This document shows positions 47,401 to 60,045 of a DNA stretch of 64,000 bases, piece after piece; position 1 is the first letter of the stretch, and each line of letters starts with the position of its first letter. Below the pieces are notes generated by a model. It was not told the DNA's origin, ran no database searches, and saw only the letters and a program-made list of their open reading frames with translations. Source of the stretch: Leptogorgia sarmentosa (lineage: Eukaryota); NCBI GenBank assembly GCA_964658305.1, contig OZ210885.1, positions 24,366,001 through 24,430,000 of the forward strand, written 5' to 3'. The translations under genes were made by a program, and so were the position numbers.

Positions 47401-48236
47401 CTAGTGGTTGCTGAGTAGGTGTTTCTTTCTGTGTTTGCAGGAGGAAAAGAGTTCGTTACGAGAGTTCAAAGTGCCTAAGTGTGGGTGATAAATAATAATA
47501 AATTTCTCGTGCAGACATAAATTGCATTTCTTGGTGATGCTTGAATATGATCTACATCGCTTGATTATTTTCCATGCAATCTTAAAGTTGACATTACTGT
47601 CTTTTAGCGTCCAAACGTGTTTGCTAAGTGCGGTACAGTTTCTATTCTTTGACATCCTGAAGGAGCTGGTGTGGTTATTGTATCTTGTCTTGAAGGTGCC
47701 TTCGGTGATCCCAATATACGTTTCTTGCTCGTTGTTGTCTTCTCTTGTTACCGTTGCTTGGTATACAACACCTTGCGATTGGCACTTACCAGCGAGGGGG
47801 CAGGCTTCTTTTTTGCGACAGTTGCAATCTTTATCAGTTGGGGAGGTGTTTTGGTTTTCTTTGGTGAGCAAATGCTTGTTGTGTGAGCTAATAATATTAC
47901 CAACGTTTGGCATGCAACTGTAACTTAGTTTCAGGTTGTTTCTGTTGCAGATTTTTCTTAACGGGTGGTTTTGGGGCAAACAAACCTCTATAATCTTTAA
48001 GAATTTGTGCCCTAGGTTTGTAGAAACGTTGGCGTTGTATGGCGGGTTGAACCATATAGTGTTCCGGTTTCGGAGGCGTTTGCGCTTCGGTGGCTGGGGA
48101 TTGTAGTAGAGTTTATACTCATGGCCGCTGTTCTTGAGTGCTTCTTGGTATGGTGGGATAGCCGATTCAAATGATTGTCTATCAGAAGAAATATTTGATA
48201 GTCTCGTGTTGATAGCTTCAGGGATGCTACGAATTA
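47401..48236 (-). pseudogene. 5'-truncated Penelope-like retroelement: RT C-terminal region + GIY-YIG endonuclease
   Basis: IWFNPPY, LKLSYSCMPN, CNCRKK..CPL.GKC, VVYQA...YIG.TE..FKTRYNNH, CNLCLHEK; 3' tail runs to (TA)n at ~47161. Confidence 0.9.
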
Positions 48237-48237
48237 T

Positions 48238-48946
48238 TTATATATTAATATTAATACTAAAGCTAAGTCCAGAGTTTTGCTCATGATATTCTCTCCAACC
48301 ATCGTACTGTACCCATCTGTCATTGTAGCAAAATATTGCTATGTAGTGGCTTCCATTCCAAAGAGTTGCAACATATAAGTTATATGTATTTCCATTAAGA
48401 ACAATATGTAATGGGACCTGAGCTAGTCTCAGCAACCCGCATCTGCTTAGAAGGTCCACTGAAAAAACAAAGAAATTCGTCAGGTTGTTTAGTGAGCGTT
48501 CGGAGATCTCCCTCACACCTGAACAGTGCCATGACTCATGAGCACAGCCATTTTCATCTAACGTAACATCTTTTACACATGGGGTGGTTGGATGGAGCCT
48601 TGAATGAAATCTTCGTTTACACTGAGAAACACCGTTTGTCCAAACGTTAAGTGCACTGGTAAAAACATTGTTCCCTTGATTGGCTGGAATTCCCATGCTG
48701 AATTGAAAATTCCCAAACTGGAATTCCATTACTGTATAGTGGATTGTAAATTATAGTGGATTATTCACTGTCACTCTCTTGTAAATTTTCTAAAGTTAAT
48801 TTCCTAAAAGATGGAAAACTCTCATGAAGTTTTGATCCAAATTTGTCTTTCACTTTCTTCTCACCCTTCATAACAACTCCCATGCAAACCTTTGAAACTG
48901 GTTTTCTCGGTACATTTGCGCTTTTTAAAGGATGTTCGACAGGCAC
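48238..48946 (-). pseudogene. Fragment resembling the C-terminal His-box of a USP/C19 deubiquitinase
   Basis: P.HIVLNGNTYNLYVATLWNGSHYIAIFCYNDRWVQYDG; bounded by Penelope on one side and IS3EU on the other. Confidence 0.5.
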
Positions 48947-51297
48947 GTTTATGGTGGCCTAGGAAGCCATTAGAAATATCTGTTGACAATTTAATATTTT
49001 TTATGAAAAAAAATAAATAATGGAAAATATTTTAAACAAAAAAAAATAAAATGAATATTAAATAAAATATTTTTAAAATATTATTATGTTATGTTAATTT
49101 TTTTCTGATTTTTCTTTTTTTATTCTAAAGTGAAACAAAAAAATAAGTTTATATGGCCTATCTGTGCCATAGGTTTTTTCCAAAAAAAAAAAAAACAGCT
49201 ATTGGCCTATGAGTGCCATAGACCATAATGCAATTCAGGCTTCAGATAGTGGAATATGGCTGCCAACCGTATCAGGAATAGCAAATGGATGGATGACCTT
49301 GAGCTCAAAGATGATTTAACCGAGTATGTAAAGCGAAACTGGCAGAAAAATGAGATATTGGACTTTATTCAGACAAAGTATCCCATGTACGCATGGAGTG
49401 AGCGGACTTTGTCCCGCAGATTACAATATTTTGATATTAAATTCACTGATTACGAGGTAGATGTTGTTACTGTAGAGGAAGCAGTAAGCAGAGAATTGGA
49501 GGGCCCTGGACAACTGCTCGGATATCGTGCAATGCAACAGACGTTACGGGAGGTTCACAGTCTCAATGTACCACGAGATCTCGTTTACGCAGTGATGGGA
49601 AATCTATGTCCTCAAGCACTAGAAGCTAGAGGGGGTGTAGGAAAAGCAAAACGACCCGAGAGGAATTGTTATTTTGTCAAAAAATGAATCGTATAGTGAG
49701 CTTGAAATTTCCAAATAGCTACAAGTAGTTAATAATAATTCTAAAACAAACTTTCTTGTTCTATAAATTAATTAAGGGAGCAGACTGTACTATGTCAATG
49801 GATGGCCATGATAAGCTCTGTGGCTATCAGAATTCTATGTTTCCCCTTTGTATATATGGTGGACAAGACACATACAGTGCTCGCATTAACTTTTTAAGAA
49901 TTTGGACGACAAACAGCAATCCAAAAATTATTGGAAAATTTTACATGGATTATCTTTGTGAAAGAAGAGGTATAAAACTTGTTCAATAGTTGACTTAATT
50001 AGATCGGAAGTTTTGAAGTTTACAACCTCATTGATGTCACAAATTTTACATATACATATGCTGCACTGGTTGACTTTACCTAATATGGCAGTTTTTAACT
50101 AATTAATTTACTTTTTTGGCATACAGTCTGAAGGACATTAATTAGAATGCACATTAAAAGTAAAAGAAGAGTAGCCTGTGCACAGACTAACAGCAGCTAT
50201 TTTCTATTTTTAAATGAATATCATAATGATTACTGACTTGTTCTCATCAATTTCCTTATTTCCACAGTGCTTCCTCTAAATGTAAGAGTGGACAGAGGGA
50301 CAGAAACAGGAACATTAACCACAATGCATTGCTTCCTACGAGATAAGTATGAAGATCTTGATGATCCTATTGATTCTGTCATCTTTGGGCCATCTACCCA
50401 AAACAAGATTGAAAGGTGGTGGCGTGAGCTACTTGAAAGAATGGAAAGGTTCTTTAAAAATCAATTATCAACATTGGTTGAAGATGGAGATTATTGTCCT
50501 GATGATGTGAGGGATAGGTAAAATGACAATTTGTTGTCTTTTTTTGCCAAGTAATAAGTAACATAATGATTTTTTGACCTAAAAATTATCGTTTAGGTTT
50601 TTAAAGAGCATTGCATTTTTAGAAGGTCTTGTACTGAATTTGTTGAATATAGTTATAAAAAGCAGTGAACTGTGAATGTTATGTTTATCTAGGAACCTTT
50701 TGGCTTATATCTACATCCCTGTTCTCCAAAAGGAGCTGGACACATTTCGCATATCTGTGTGGAATAATCACCGAATACGTAAACAACGAGACAAAGACCT
50801 GTTAGTTTGAATCAACCCTTAAATACTTAATTACTTAATAGTTAATATATAGCACCGAACAGTGAACACAACGGAGACATTGTTGAGAGATTCGTGACGA
50901 GGGGGGAAAGGAGATTAGGCAGATTACGATCAGAGGGAAGAGAGCGAACGTTAAGATATATACCATAAATACAAAACCTCAATTTCTACCGAACTATTGG
51001 CTCATCAATTTAAAGAAGACAGAGAGGAGACCAAAGTAAGCCTAAATATAGATATTGTTCAATCCGTTAGCGAATTTAAAATATACCACAAATTAAGGAA
51101 CAGATGTTAGCATCACGAACGCTACGTACATTATAGTATAGTCATATAACCTTTATATATCCTAATGTTTAGCCATAAATTTATCATAGTTCATTTTCCT
51201 ACTCTAGTTCGAACTCGCACAATCGATAGCTACTTGTAACCGAATTGATATCTCGAAATAATTAAAGTCTACCGAAACACTGATCTGAAATAGTCTA

Positions 51298-53130
51298 TTG
51301 TCCAGCGAAGTTCGAAACCCTCACGCGATCAAAAGAGCCATCACCCCTGTAGGCCCAAACGAAGCCGTCAAGAAATCTAAATCAAGCGACGAGATTATCC
51401 AGAATGAGCGCTGGTTGAAGGGACCGGAGTTCCTGTGGCAACCGAATGAAGCTTGGCGAAATCAACCGGAACCAGGTCTTAAGAACTTGGACAACGATCC
51501 CGAATTGAAGAGTGAGACCCCCATTCTAGCAGCAACGATCGAAGAGAACAGAATCAATCCCATCGGTCAACGCTTCGAGAAATTTTCGACGTGGAAAGGA
51601 TTGAAGAAAGCCATCGCATGGGTAATTCGCTACAAGAATCGACTCCGAGTAATGGTTCGGAGAAGAAGGAACGGTGAAACTGTACGCTTAGACGGAAGTC
51701 AAGAAAACAATACCCGTCCGCTCAGTATTGACGAACTAAACATTGCGGAGAAGATTATTATGGAAGTCGTGCAAAGATCGAATTTCAAGCCAGAGCTAAG
51801 CATTCTCAAAGGACAGCCGTCTGACGATCTCAGCAACGGATCAACAAGAACGACGAGTCGAAGCCAAAGGAAATCAAATCCAATCTACAAACTGAACCCA
51901 ACGATAGTAAATGGCTTGCTACGAGTCGGAGGACGGCTGAACCACGCACCTATAGAAGAAGACGCTAAGCACCCAATAATCCTACCCAAGCAGCATCACG
52001 TGTCCAAACTGGTTATCTTACACTACCACCAGATATCTGGGCACTCAGGAATCGAGTACGTTTTGTCCATGGTTCGACAGAAATATTGGATCGTCCGGGC
52101 AAGAATTCTCATCCGGAAAATGTTGAACAACTGTTTCGACTGCAGACGAAGACAGTCTCCCGTCGCGGAGCAACAAATGGCAGATCTGCCCGAAAGCCGC
52201 GTGACACCCTGTAACCCACCATTCACCTACACCGGGGTGGACTGTTTTGGACCATTCTACGTACGGCGCGGAAGAAGTCAGGTCAAACGATATGGTGTGA
52301 TTTTCACCTGCCTCTCCATACGCGCAATTCACATAGAAGTAGCATCAAGTCTCGATACAGACTCGTTCATCAATGCGATGAGAAGATTCGTTGCAAGGAG
52401 AGGCACCCCGGCAGAAATGAGATCCGATAACGGAGGCAATTTCGTAAGTGGCGAAAGGGAACTTCGTCTTTGCATTGAAGCTTGGAATCAGGAGAAAATC
52501 CACGAGTCTTTACTGCAGAAGGACATCAAATGGATCTTCAACCCACCCACAGCATCCCACCATGGCGGTGTTTGGGAACGCTGCATAAGAACGGCAAGAA
52601 AAGTCATGAACGCCCTGCTGAGAGAACAATCCTTGGACGACGAAGGCCTACATACCCTGATGTGCGAGGTTGAAGCCATCATCAATGGACGACCTATCAC
52701 AAAGGTATCGGATGATTCGAAGGATAGAGAAGCACTTACACCAAATCACCTTCTGTTGTTGCGGACCGGACCTACGCTCCCGCCTGGCACATTCGAGAAG
52801 GACGATCTGTATTCGAGAAAGAGATGGCGCCAAGTCCAATACTTAGCCGACGTATTCTGGCGCAGGTGGATCAAGGAATACCTTCCATCACTCCAACGAC
52901 GAGACAAGTGGAACCAGGCAAGAAGAAATTTTGAAGTCGGTGACGTCGTCCTGGTTCTGCAAAACGATTGTCCACGTAGCTCCTGGCCCTTAGCCCGAGT
53001 CATCCAAGTACACCGCAACTCGAGCGACGATAAAGTGCGAAGCGTTGTTGTGAAAATGAGAGCAACGATCTTGGAGAGACCGATCAACAAAATCGTGTTA
53101 TTGGAAGCTACAACTCGGGAAGAGACGTAG
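51298..53130 (+). CDS. BEL/Pao pol C-terminus: integrase (HHCC, DDE) and C-terminal domain, in frame with LTR sequence
   Basis: RWLKGPEFL, LRVGGRL, H...GHSG...C.DC, GVDCFGP, SDNGGNF, GGVWER, INGRP, LTPNHLL, W.RWIKEYL, WPLARV. Confidence 0.9.
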   Translation: MSSEVRNPHAIKRAITPVGPNEAVKKSKSSDEIIQNERWLKGPEFLWQPNEAWRNQPEPGLKNLDNDPELKSETPILAATIEENRINPIGQRFEKFSTWKGLKKAIAWVIRYKNRLRVMVRRRRNGETVRLDGSQENNTRPLSIDELNIAEKIIMEVVQRSNFKPELSILKGQPSDDLSNGSTRTTSRSQRKSNPIYKLNPTIVNGLLRVGGRLNHAPIEEDAKHPIILPKQHHVSKLVILHYHQISGHSGIEYVLSMVRQKYWIVRARILIRKMLNNCFDCRRRQSPVAEQQMADLPESRVTPCNPPFTYTGVDCFGPFYVRRGRSQVKRYGVIFTCLSIRAIHIEVASSLDTDSFINAMRRFVARRGTPAEMRSDNGGNFVSGERELRLCIEAWNQEKIHESLLQKDIKWIFNPPTASHHGGVWERCIRTARKVMNALLREQSLDDEGLHTLMCEVEAIINGRPITKVSDDSKDREALTPNHLLLLRTGPTLPPGTFEKDDLYSRKRWRQVQYLADVFWRRWIKEYLPSLQRRDKWNQARRNFEVGDVVLVLQNDCPRSSWPLARVIQVHRNSSDDKVRSVVVKMRATILERPINKIVLLEATTREET

Positions 53131-53447
53131 TTTATATTTAGACGATTATTCATGATTCAAACAAGGCTATGTCAATTAGTAAAGGCTTTAGTATACTCCG
53201 CCTTTAAGGGGCCGGAATGTTAGTTTGAATCAACCCTTAAATACTTAAGAGACAATGTCAGTAAAAATCAAACATACTCACATTTCCATGGCCAAAGTTC
53301 AAAAATCGATTTCGCTCATTTCTTTTCCATACGTAGCCTAATGTGTCTTGAGATGTGCTATATACTCTACGAAGTCCTGCGTTTGCCTATTTTTGAGAAA
53401 ACAAGGATTTACAGCGACCCCTTCAAAATCGCCATTTTAGTTGCAAA

Positions 53448-56400
53448 ATATGCATGATTGTTGGGAGACAAAATTTGTTACTAAAATTGACTCGTACTCA
53501 GTTAAAATTGCCCGAAACGTTTTCCTTAGCAAGTACTTATTCGGTATACTGATTTTTAGGAAATTAGACCTACGATTTGCGCTCTAAATAATCATTATTT
53601 TCGGAAATATATTCTTACTCCACTAAAGCTGTCCAACATTCGACGAAGTTTTGAAACGTGCGATAAAGCTTCAATTTTTTTAAGATTCCCACTGTTTACT
53701 CTCTACGTTTCTGGCTTTCAAATGATATAAAATTTTCTTTGGGCAAATAAATAGGTGCGGAATTACAGATCAAACAATTCTCAAGTTTTTTGACCTTGCA
53801 AGGTCACCTTTCTCATTTTGCATATCAAGTCACTTTCTACTTCCGATATTAAAATGCACTTCTACGCCATGTCTTACCTTATTCTGCCCGACGTTTGGTT
53901 TAGTAGAAGCTCCCATTATGTTAAGTTTGCATAAAAGTCGGGAAAAACTCAGTACGACAACGTGATATAAACAGACCATTGATTGTAAGTAATTATTATA
54001 AACAAATAGCCTACTACTGCCCGTGGTGCTGTATAAATCATACTAAACAAAGTTAAATCGAATTGTAATCATCTTTAATGTTTCTGTAATCATCTTATCT
54101 TCACAATTCGGTACGATTACAACCAATATTTGCAATTTTACACCGATCTACCGAATGTCGCGATATATTATTAATTTTAATTAATAAAAGAAAGGTAAAC
54201 AAAGAGCAATAAGGGAGGTTAATATTAATAGCTTATGATCTAATCGGTGCGGAACGTTGCACGACCTAATTTCTTGCAAACAAAGTAAGTAGTCTTAGTA
54301 AGTCACTTTGCAAGTGCTAATTGTATTCGGTAAGAAGTAAAAAAACATCATGATATGATGATAAGCAGTAAAAAAACTCACCATTGTTCATTGTTCATAC
54401 AAACAGCAAAACGCGAAATGTCTGTAATACAAAGTACGTTCAAATGTGCAAACAATAGTTCATATTTCTTCATTACCGCATGTTTATATTTACTGTAGAA
54501 CGCTGGTACTGGTACAAGCTGATATAGCTTATGCTGAATTACGTGTACGTCAGGTTTTGCTGCTGTACTCTTGACAAGTGCAATTGCCAATAAAATTTGT
54601 TAGTATTTCGATATAAGGCTTCTTCCTTGTTGCCTTAATATAGGAAGTGTCTAAGTCATAAAATGTGCATATTTCTTGCAACATCGATATCGAGAATTTT
54701 GAAAGCTTCGAGCCTGTTGCTAAATCACAAAGATTGTAGGTATCAAACATGATGGGATGAATTAGACCTATTTCGTTGATGATATTTCTGGCAAGGTTTT
54801 CAATGCCTTCCTCTTCTAGTTGCGCTTCTAATTCCTCTTCTTCTTCCTTTGATTCACTAACTTGAGCCGCTCTCCTCTTTCTTGCAAGGCGAGAAAAAAA
54901 CCCTGCGATTTGCTTTGCTGTGAGGTACTCGCTTGCATCAAACAAAAAGGAGCCATCGATGTTGCGTGCTTTTCTCATCGATTTAGAAACATTGTTAGCA
55001 TCTGCCTTATGACCGCTCTGTTCTCCCACATCGAATAACTTAGATAGGTAAAGCTTTTGATTCTCAGTAAATCTCTTCCTCAATACTGTCGAAGACTTTA
55101 GTGCCCAACCTTTTGGCAGAGGATATAGGGCGCAGCAAGAACTTAGGTCGTCCGACGTCTGACACTCTAGCGATATATCTCTTTTGTCAAGCTTGGTAGC
55201 GTATGAGAGCAATGCTTTATCAAAAAATGTTTCACGTTCCAGTGCATAGTTATGCTTTCCGAAATCAAGGTGGTTTTCAAGGTTTGAAAATCGTTGGAAC
55301 GAGTTAACACAACCGTTTTCTGGACACAGAAACAGCTTAGACCCTTGAGAAATTTCTTCTTCAGCATCTGATTGGGAGTTGTCATCGGCTTCAAGTTGAT
55401 TTGCGTTGTGCGAAGGATTTGCTGTGGGCGTCTTTCTTGCTTTCACATCCGTGAACGTAGCTTTTGGGGAAGTCGGACCTTCATTGATGTCAATATGAGG
55501 AATGTAAATTGTTTCAGGCAGATTGAATTCACTCCACTCTAGAAACTTTCCCAGGCCAATATTGTATTCTCGCCATACTTTCATGCCATTCTCACAATAT
55601 GAAATGTTGTTGACAAAACTTACACCTTCCCATTTCAATGGCTCTAACGTAGGTACTAAAGGGGTGTCACAAAGCATGACTCTAACACCTTGGATGCCAC
55701 TTCGTGATTCTATAGCGATCTTCATTTGCTTGGCGGTTTCCACGTCGTTGCCAGAGTTAAGGTACGCTTTTATTTTGTTTTTGATTGTGGCAGCTTTTCG
55801 GTCACAAGCCCCTTTGCCACCTTGGGGGTCCGAAAAATCGACTCTTAATTCTACCTCGTATTTTGTAGCAACCTGTTTCATGACCAATAAGTTGAATGCA
55901 CTGTGATAGCACCCAGCGTTGTCTTGACGAAAGAAAATCTGCTTGATGTCGGGCCTCTCCGACTTAAGTTGCTTAACAACATCATCGATTATCGCTAGTA
56001 CTGCTGGGCTGTCTTGGGTGCAGCTTTCGAAAACATGAACGAACGTCAACGACTCCAAACAATTCTCTCGCTTGGTCATAGCTACGGCAATATGCCATGA
56101 AATGCCACGCTTTCCAAACCAATCGGATTGGCTTTCACGGTATTTTCTGGGCAAAAACTTCATTGCCCAATCTAAAACAACCAGAACTGAGCCCGAGTCG
56201 AGGTCCCGAAGATGGTTCAGCCGAGCTTCATCCTGGTTGATATCACGTAATAGGTGAGCTTTCCAGGCCAGTATATTCTTCTTGGATTGAGTAATTACAT
56301 ATTCCATGTCGTTCTTCTCTTCATTATCCATAGTCGATAAATCCTTTAAAGTCGATTCAACTTCTTCGAAAATAGAGGGGATCAACTCACACCTGTCACA

Positions 56401-59400
56401 TTTTAGGTCATGTTCATGATCACAATCAGCAACGAAGTCTCCATCACTTGGATCGCTCAGAGAATACGGCCTGCAGTGGTCAGCGACACGCGAGCTGGTC
56501 GAAACATGTACCTAAAACATCAAGAAACTCGTAGTTATACCCAGGGGTCATCCTATGAAAAATTTAGAACTGCCCATTTTGGGGCACGAGCCCGCTAGGG
56601 ATGGAGAGGATATCCCTTCCAGAAAAAAATTTGAGGCTCTCAAATGGCATTTCCAGCATTCTGAGTACAAATTTTCGGCTTGCAAAAAAAAAAAAAAAAT
56701 TTAATGTACGTGTATTTTGAGAAATGAGAAATCTGGGTAGTAACAAATATATGCATGATTGTTGGGAGACAAAATTTGTTACTAAAATTGACTCGTACTC
56801 AGTTAAAATTGCCCGAAACGTTTTCCTTAGCAAGTACTTATTCGGTATACTGATTTTTAGGAAATTAGACCTACGATTTGCGCTCTAAATAATCATTATT
56901 TTCGGAAATATATTCTTACTCCACTAAAGCTGTCCAACATTCGACGAAGTTTTGAAACGTGCGATAAAGCTTCAATTTTTTTAAGATTCCCACTGTTTAC
57001 TCTCTACGTTTCTGGCTTTCAAATGATATAAAATTTTCTTTGGGCAAATAAATAGGTGCGGAATTACAGATCAAACAATTCTCAAGTTTTTTGACCTTGC
57101 AAGGTCACCTTTCTCATTTTGCATATCAAGTCACTTTCTACTTCCGATATTAAAATGCACTTCTACGCCATGTCTTACCTTATTCTGCCCGACGTTTGGT
57201 TTAGTAGAAGCTCCCATTATGTTAAGTTTGCATAAAAGTCGGGAAAAACTCAGTACGACAACGTGATATAAACAGACCATTGATTGTAAGTAATTATTAT
57301 AAACAAATAGCCTACTACTGCCCGTGGTGCTGTATAAATCATACTAAACAAAGTTAAATCGAATTGTAATCATCTTTAATGTTTCTGTAATCATCTTATC
57401 TTCACAATTCGGTACGATTACAACCAATATTTGCAATTTTACACCGATCTACCGAATGTCGCGATATATTATTAATTTTAATTAATAAAAGAAAGGTAAA
57501 CAAAGAGCAATAAGGGAGGTTAATATTAATAGCTTATGATCTAATCGGTGCGGAACGTTGCACGACCTAATTTCTTGCAAACAAAGTAAGTAGTCTTAGT
57601 AAGTCACTTTGCAAGTGCTAATTGTATTCGGTAAGAAGTAAAAAAACATCATGATATGATGATAAGCAGTAAAAAAACTCACCATTGTTCATTGTTCATA
57701 CAAACAGCAAAACGCGAAATGTCTGTAATACAAAGTACGTTCAAATGTGCAAACAATAGTTCATATTTCTTCATTACCGCATGTTTATATTTACTGTAGA
57801 ACGCTGGTACTGGTACAAGCTGATATAGCTTATGCTGAATTACGTGTACGTCAGGTTTTGCTGCTGTACTCTTGACAAGTGCAATTGCCAATAAAATTTG
57901 TTAGTATTTCGATATAAGGCTTCTTCCTTGTTGCCTTAATATAGGAAGTGTCTAAGTCATAAAATGTGCATATTTCTTGCAACATCGATATCGAGAATTT
58001 TGAAAGCTTCGAGCCTGTTGCTAAATCACAAAGATTGTAGGTATCAAACATGATGGGATGAATTAGACCTATTTCGTTGATGATATTTCTGGCAAGGTTT
58101 TCAATGCCTTCCTCTTCTAGTTGCGCTTCTAATTCCTCTTCTTCTTCCTTTGATTCACTAACTTGAGCCGCTCTCCTCTTTCTTGCAAGGCGAGAAAAAA
58201 ACCCTGCGATTTGCTTTGCTGTGAGGTACTCGCTTGCATCAAACAAAAAGGAGCCATCGATGTTGCGTGCTTTTCTCATCGATTTAGAAACATTGTTAGC
58301 ATCTGCCTTATGACCGCTCTGTTCTCCCACATCGAATAACTTAGATAGGTAAAGCTTTTGATTCTCAGTAAATCTCTTCCTCAATACTGTCGAAGACTTT
58401 AGTGCCCAACCTTTTGGCAGAGGATATAGGGCGCAGCAAGAACTTAGGTCGTCCGACGTCTGACACTCTAGCGATATATCTCTTTTGTCAAGCTTGGTAG
58501 CGTATGAGAGCAATGCTTTATCAAAAAATGTTTCACGTTCCAGTGCATAGTTATGCTTTCCGAAATCAAGGTGGTTTTCAAGGTTTGAAAATCGTTGGAA
58601 CGAGTTAACACAACCGTTTTCTGGACACAGAAACAGCTTAGACCCTTGAGAAATTTCTTCTTCAGCATCTGATTGGGAGTTGTCATCGGCTTCAAGTTGA
58701 TTTGCGTTGTGCGAAGGATTTGCTGTGGGCGTCTTTCTTGCTTTCACATCCGTGAACGTAGCTTTTGGGGAAGTCGGACCTTCATTGATGTCAATATGAG
58801 GAATGTAAATTGTTTCAGGCAGATTGAATTCACTCCACTCTAGAAACTTTCCCAGGCCAATATTGTATTCTCGCCATACTTTCATGCCATTCTCACAATA
58901 TGAAATGTTGTTGACAAAACTTACACCTTCCCATTTCAATGGCTCTAACGTAGGTACTAAAGGGGTGTCACAAAGCATGACTCTAACACCTTGGATGCCA
59001 CTTCGTGATTCTATAGCGATCTTCATTTGCTTGGCGGTTTCCACGTCGTTGCCAGAGTTAAGGTACGCTTTTATTTTGTTTTTGATTGTGGCAGCTTTTC
59101 GGTCACAAGCCCCTTTGCCACCTTGGGGGTCCGAAAAATCGACTCTTAATTCTACCTCGTATTTTGTAGCAACCTGTTTCATGACCAATAAGTTGAATGC
59201 ACTGTGATAGCACCCAGCGTTGTCTTGACGAAAGAAAATCTGCTTGATGTCGGGCCTCTCCGACTTAAGTTGCTTAACAACATCATCGATTATCGCTAGT
59301 ACTGCTGGGCTGTCTTGGGTGCAGCTTTCGAAAACATGAACGAACGTCAACGACTCCAAACAATTCTCTCGCTTGGTCATAGCTACGGCAATATGCCATG

Positions 59401-60045
59401 AAATGCCACGCTTTCCAAACCAATCGGATTGGCTTTCACGGTATTTTCTGGGCAAAAACTTCATTGCCCAATCTAAAACAACCAGAACTGAGCCCGAGTC
59501 GAGGTCCCGAAGATGGTTCAGCCGAGCTTCATCCTGGTTGATATCACGTAATAGGTGAGCTTTCCAGGCCAGTATATTCTTCTTGGATTGAGTAATTACA
59601 TATTCCATGTCGTTCTTCTCTTCATTATCCATAGTCGATAAATCCTTTAAAGTCGATTCAACTTCTTCGAAAATAGAGGGGATCAACTCACACCTGTCAC
59701 ATTTTAGGTCATGTTCATGATCACAATCAGCAACGAAGTCTCCATCACTTGGATCGCTCAGAGAATACGGCCTGCAGTGGTCAGCGACACGCGAGCTGGT
59801 CGAAACATGTACCTAAAACATCAAGAAACTCGTAGTTATACCCAGGGGTCATCCTATGAAAAATTTAGAACTGCCCATTTTGGGGCACGAGCCCGCTAGG
59901 GATGGAGAGGATATCCCTTCCAGAAAAAAATTTGAGGCTCTCAAATGGCATTTCCAGCATTCTGAGTACAAATTTTCGGCTTGCAAAAAAAAAAAAAAAA
60001 TTTAATGTACGTGTATTTTGAGAAATGAGAAATCTGGGTAGTAAC
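53448..60045. repeat. Apparently identical 3301-bp tandem duplication inside the Sola3
   Basis: ORFs repeat with offset 3301 (54550/57851, 55523/58824, 56410/59711); junction at ~56745. Confidence 0.93.
54550..56511 (-). CDS. Duplicated last exon of the Sola3 transposase (catalytic domain)
   Basis: Translation identical to 57851-59812. Confidence 0.8.
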   Translation of the reverse strand, partial: VHVSTSSRVADHCRPYSLSDPSDGDFVADCDHEHDLKCDRCELIPSIFEEVESTLKDLSTMDNEEKNDMEYVITQSKKNILAWKAHLLRDINQDEARLNHLRDLDSGSVLVVLDWAMKFLPRKYRESQSDWFGKRGISWHIAVAMTKRENCLESLTFVHVFESCTQDSPAVLAIIDDVVKQLKSERPDIKQIFFRQDNAGCYHSAFNLLVMKQVATKYEVELRVDFSDPQGGKGACDRKAATIKNKIKAYLNSGNDVETAKQMKIAIESRSGIQGVRVMLCDTPLVPTLEPLKWEGVSFVNNISYCENGMKVWREYNIGLGKFLEWSEFNLPETIYIPHIDINEGPTSPKATFTDVKARKTPTANPSHNANQLEADDNSQSDAEEEISQGSKLFLCPENGCVNSFQRFSNLENHLDFGKHNYALERETFFDKALLSYATKLDKRDISLECQTSDDLSSCCALYPLPKGWALKSSTVLRKRFTENQKLYLSKLFDVGEQSGHKADANNVSKSMRKARNIDGSFLFDASEYLTAKQIAGFFSRLARKRRAAQVSESKEEEEELEAQLEEEGIENLARNIINEIGLIHPIMFDTYNLCDLATGSKLSKFSISMLQEICTFYDLDTSYIKATRKKPYIEILTNFIGNCTCQEYSSKT

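Noticed and set aside
46388..49171. An additional IS3EU-like element bounded by catggcacagata / tatctgtgccata
   Set aside because: Imperfect match and no 6-bp TSD
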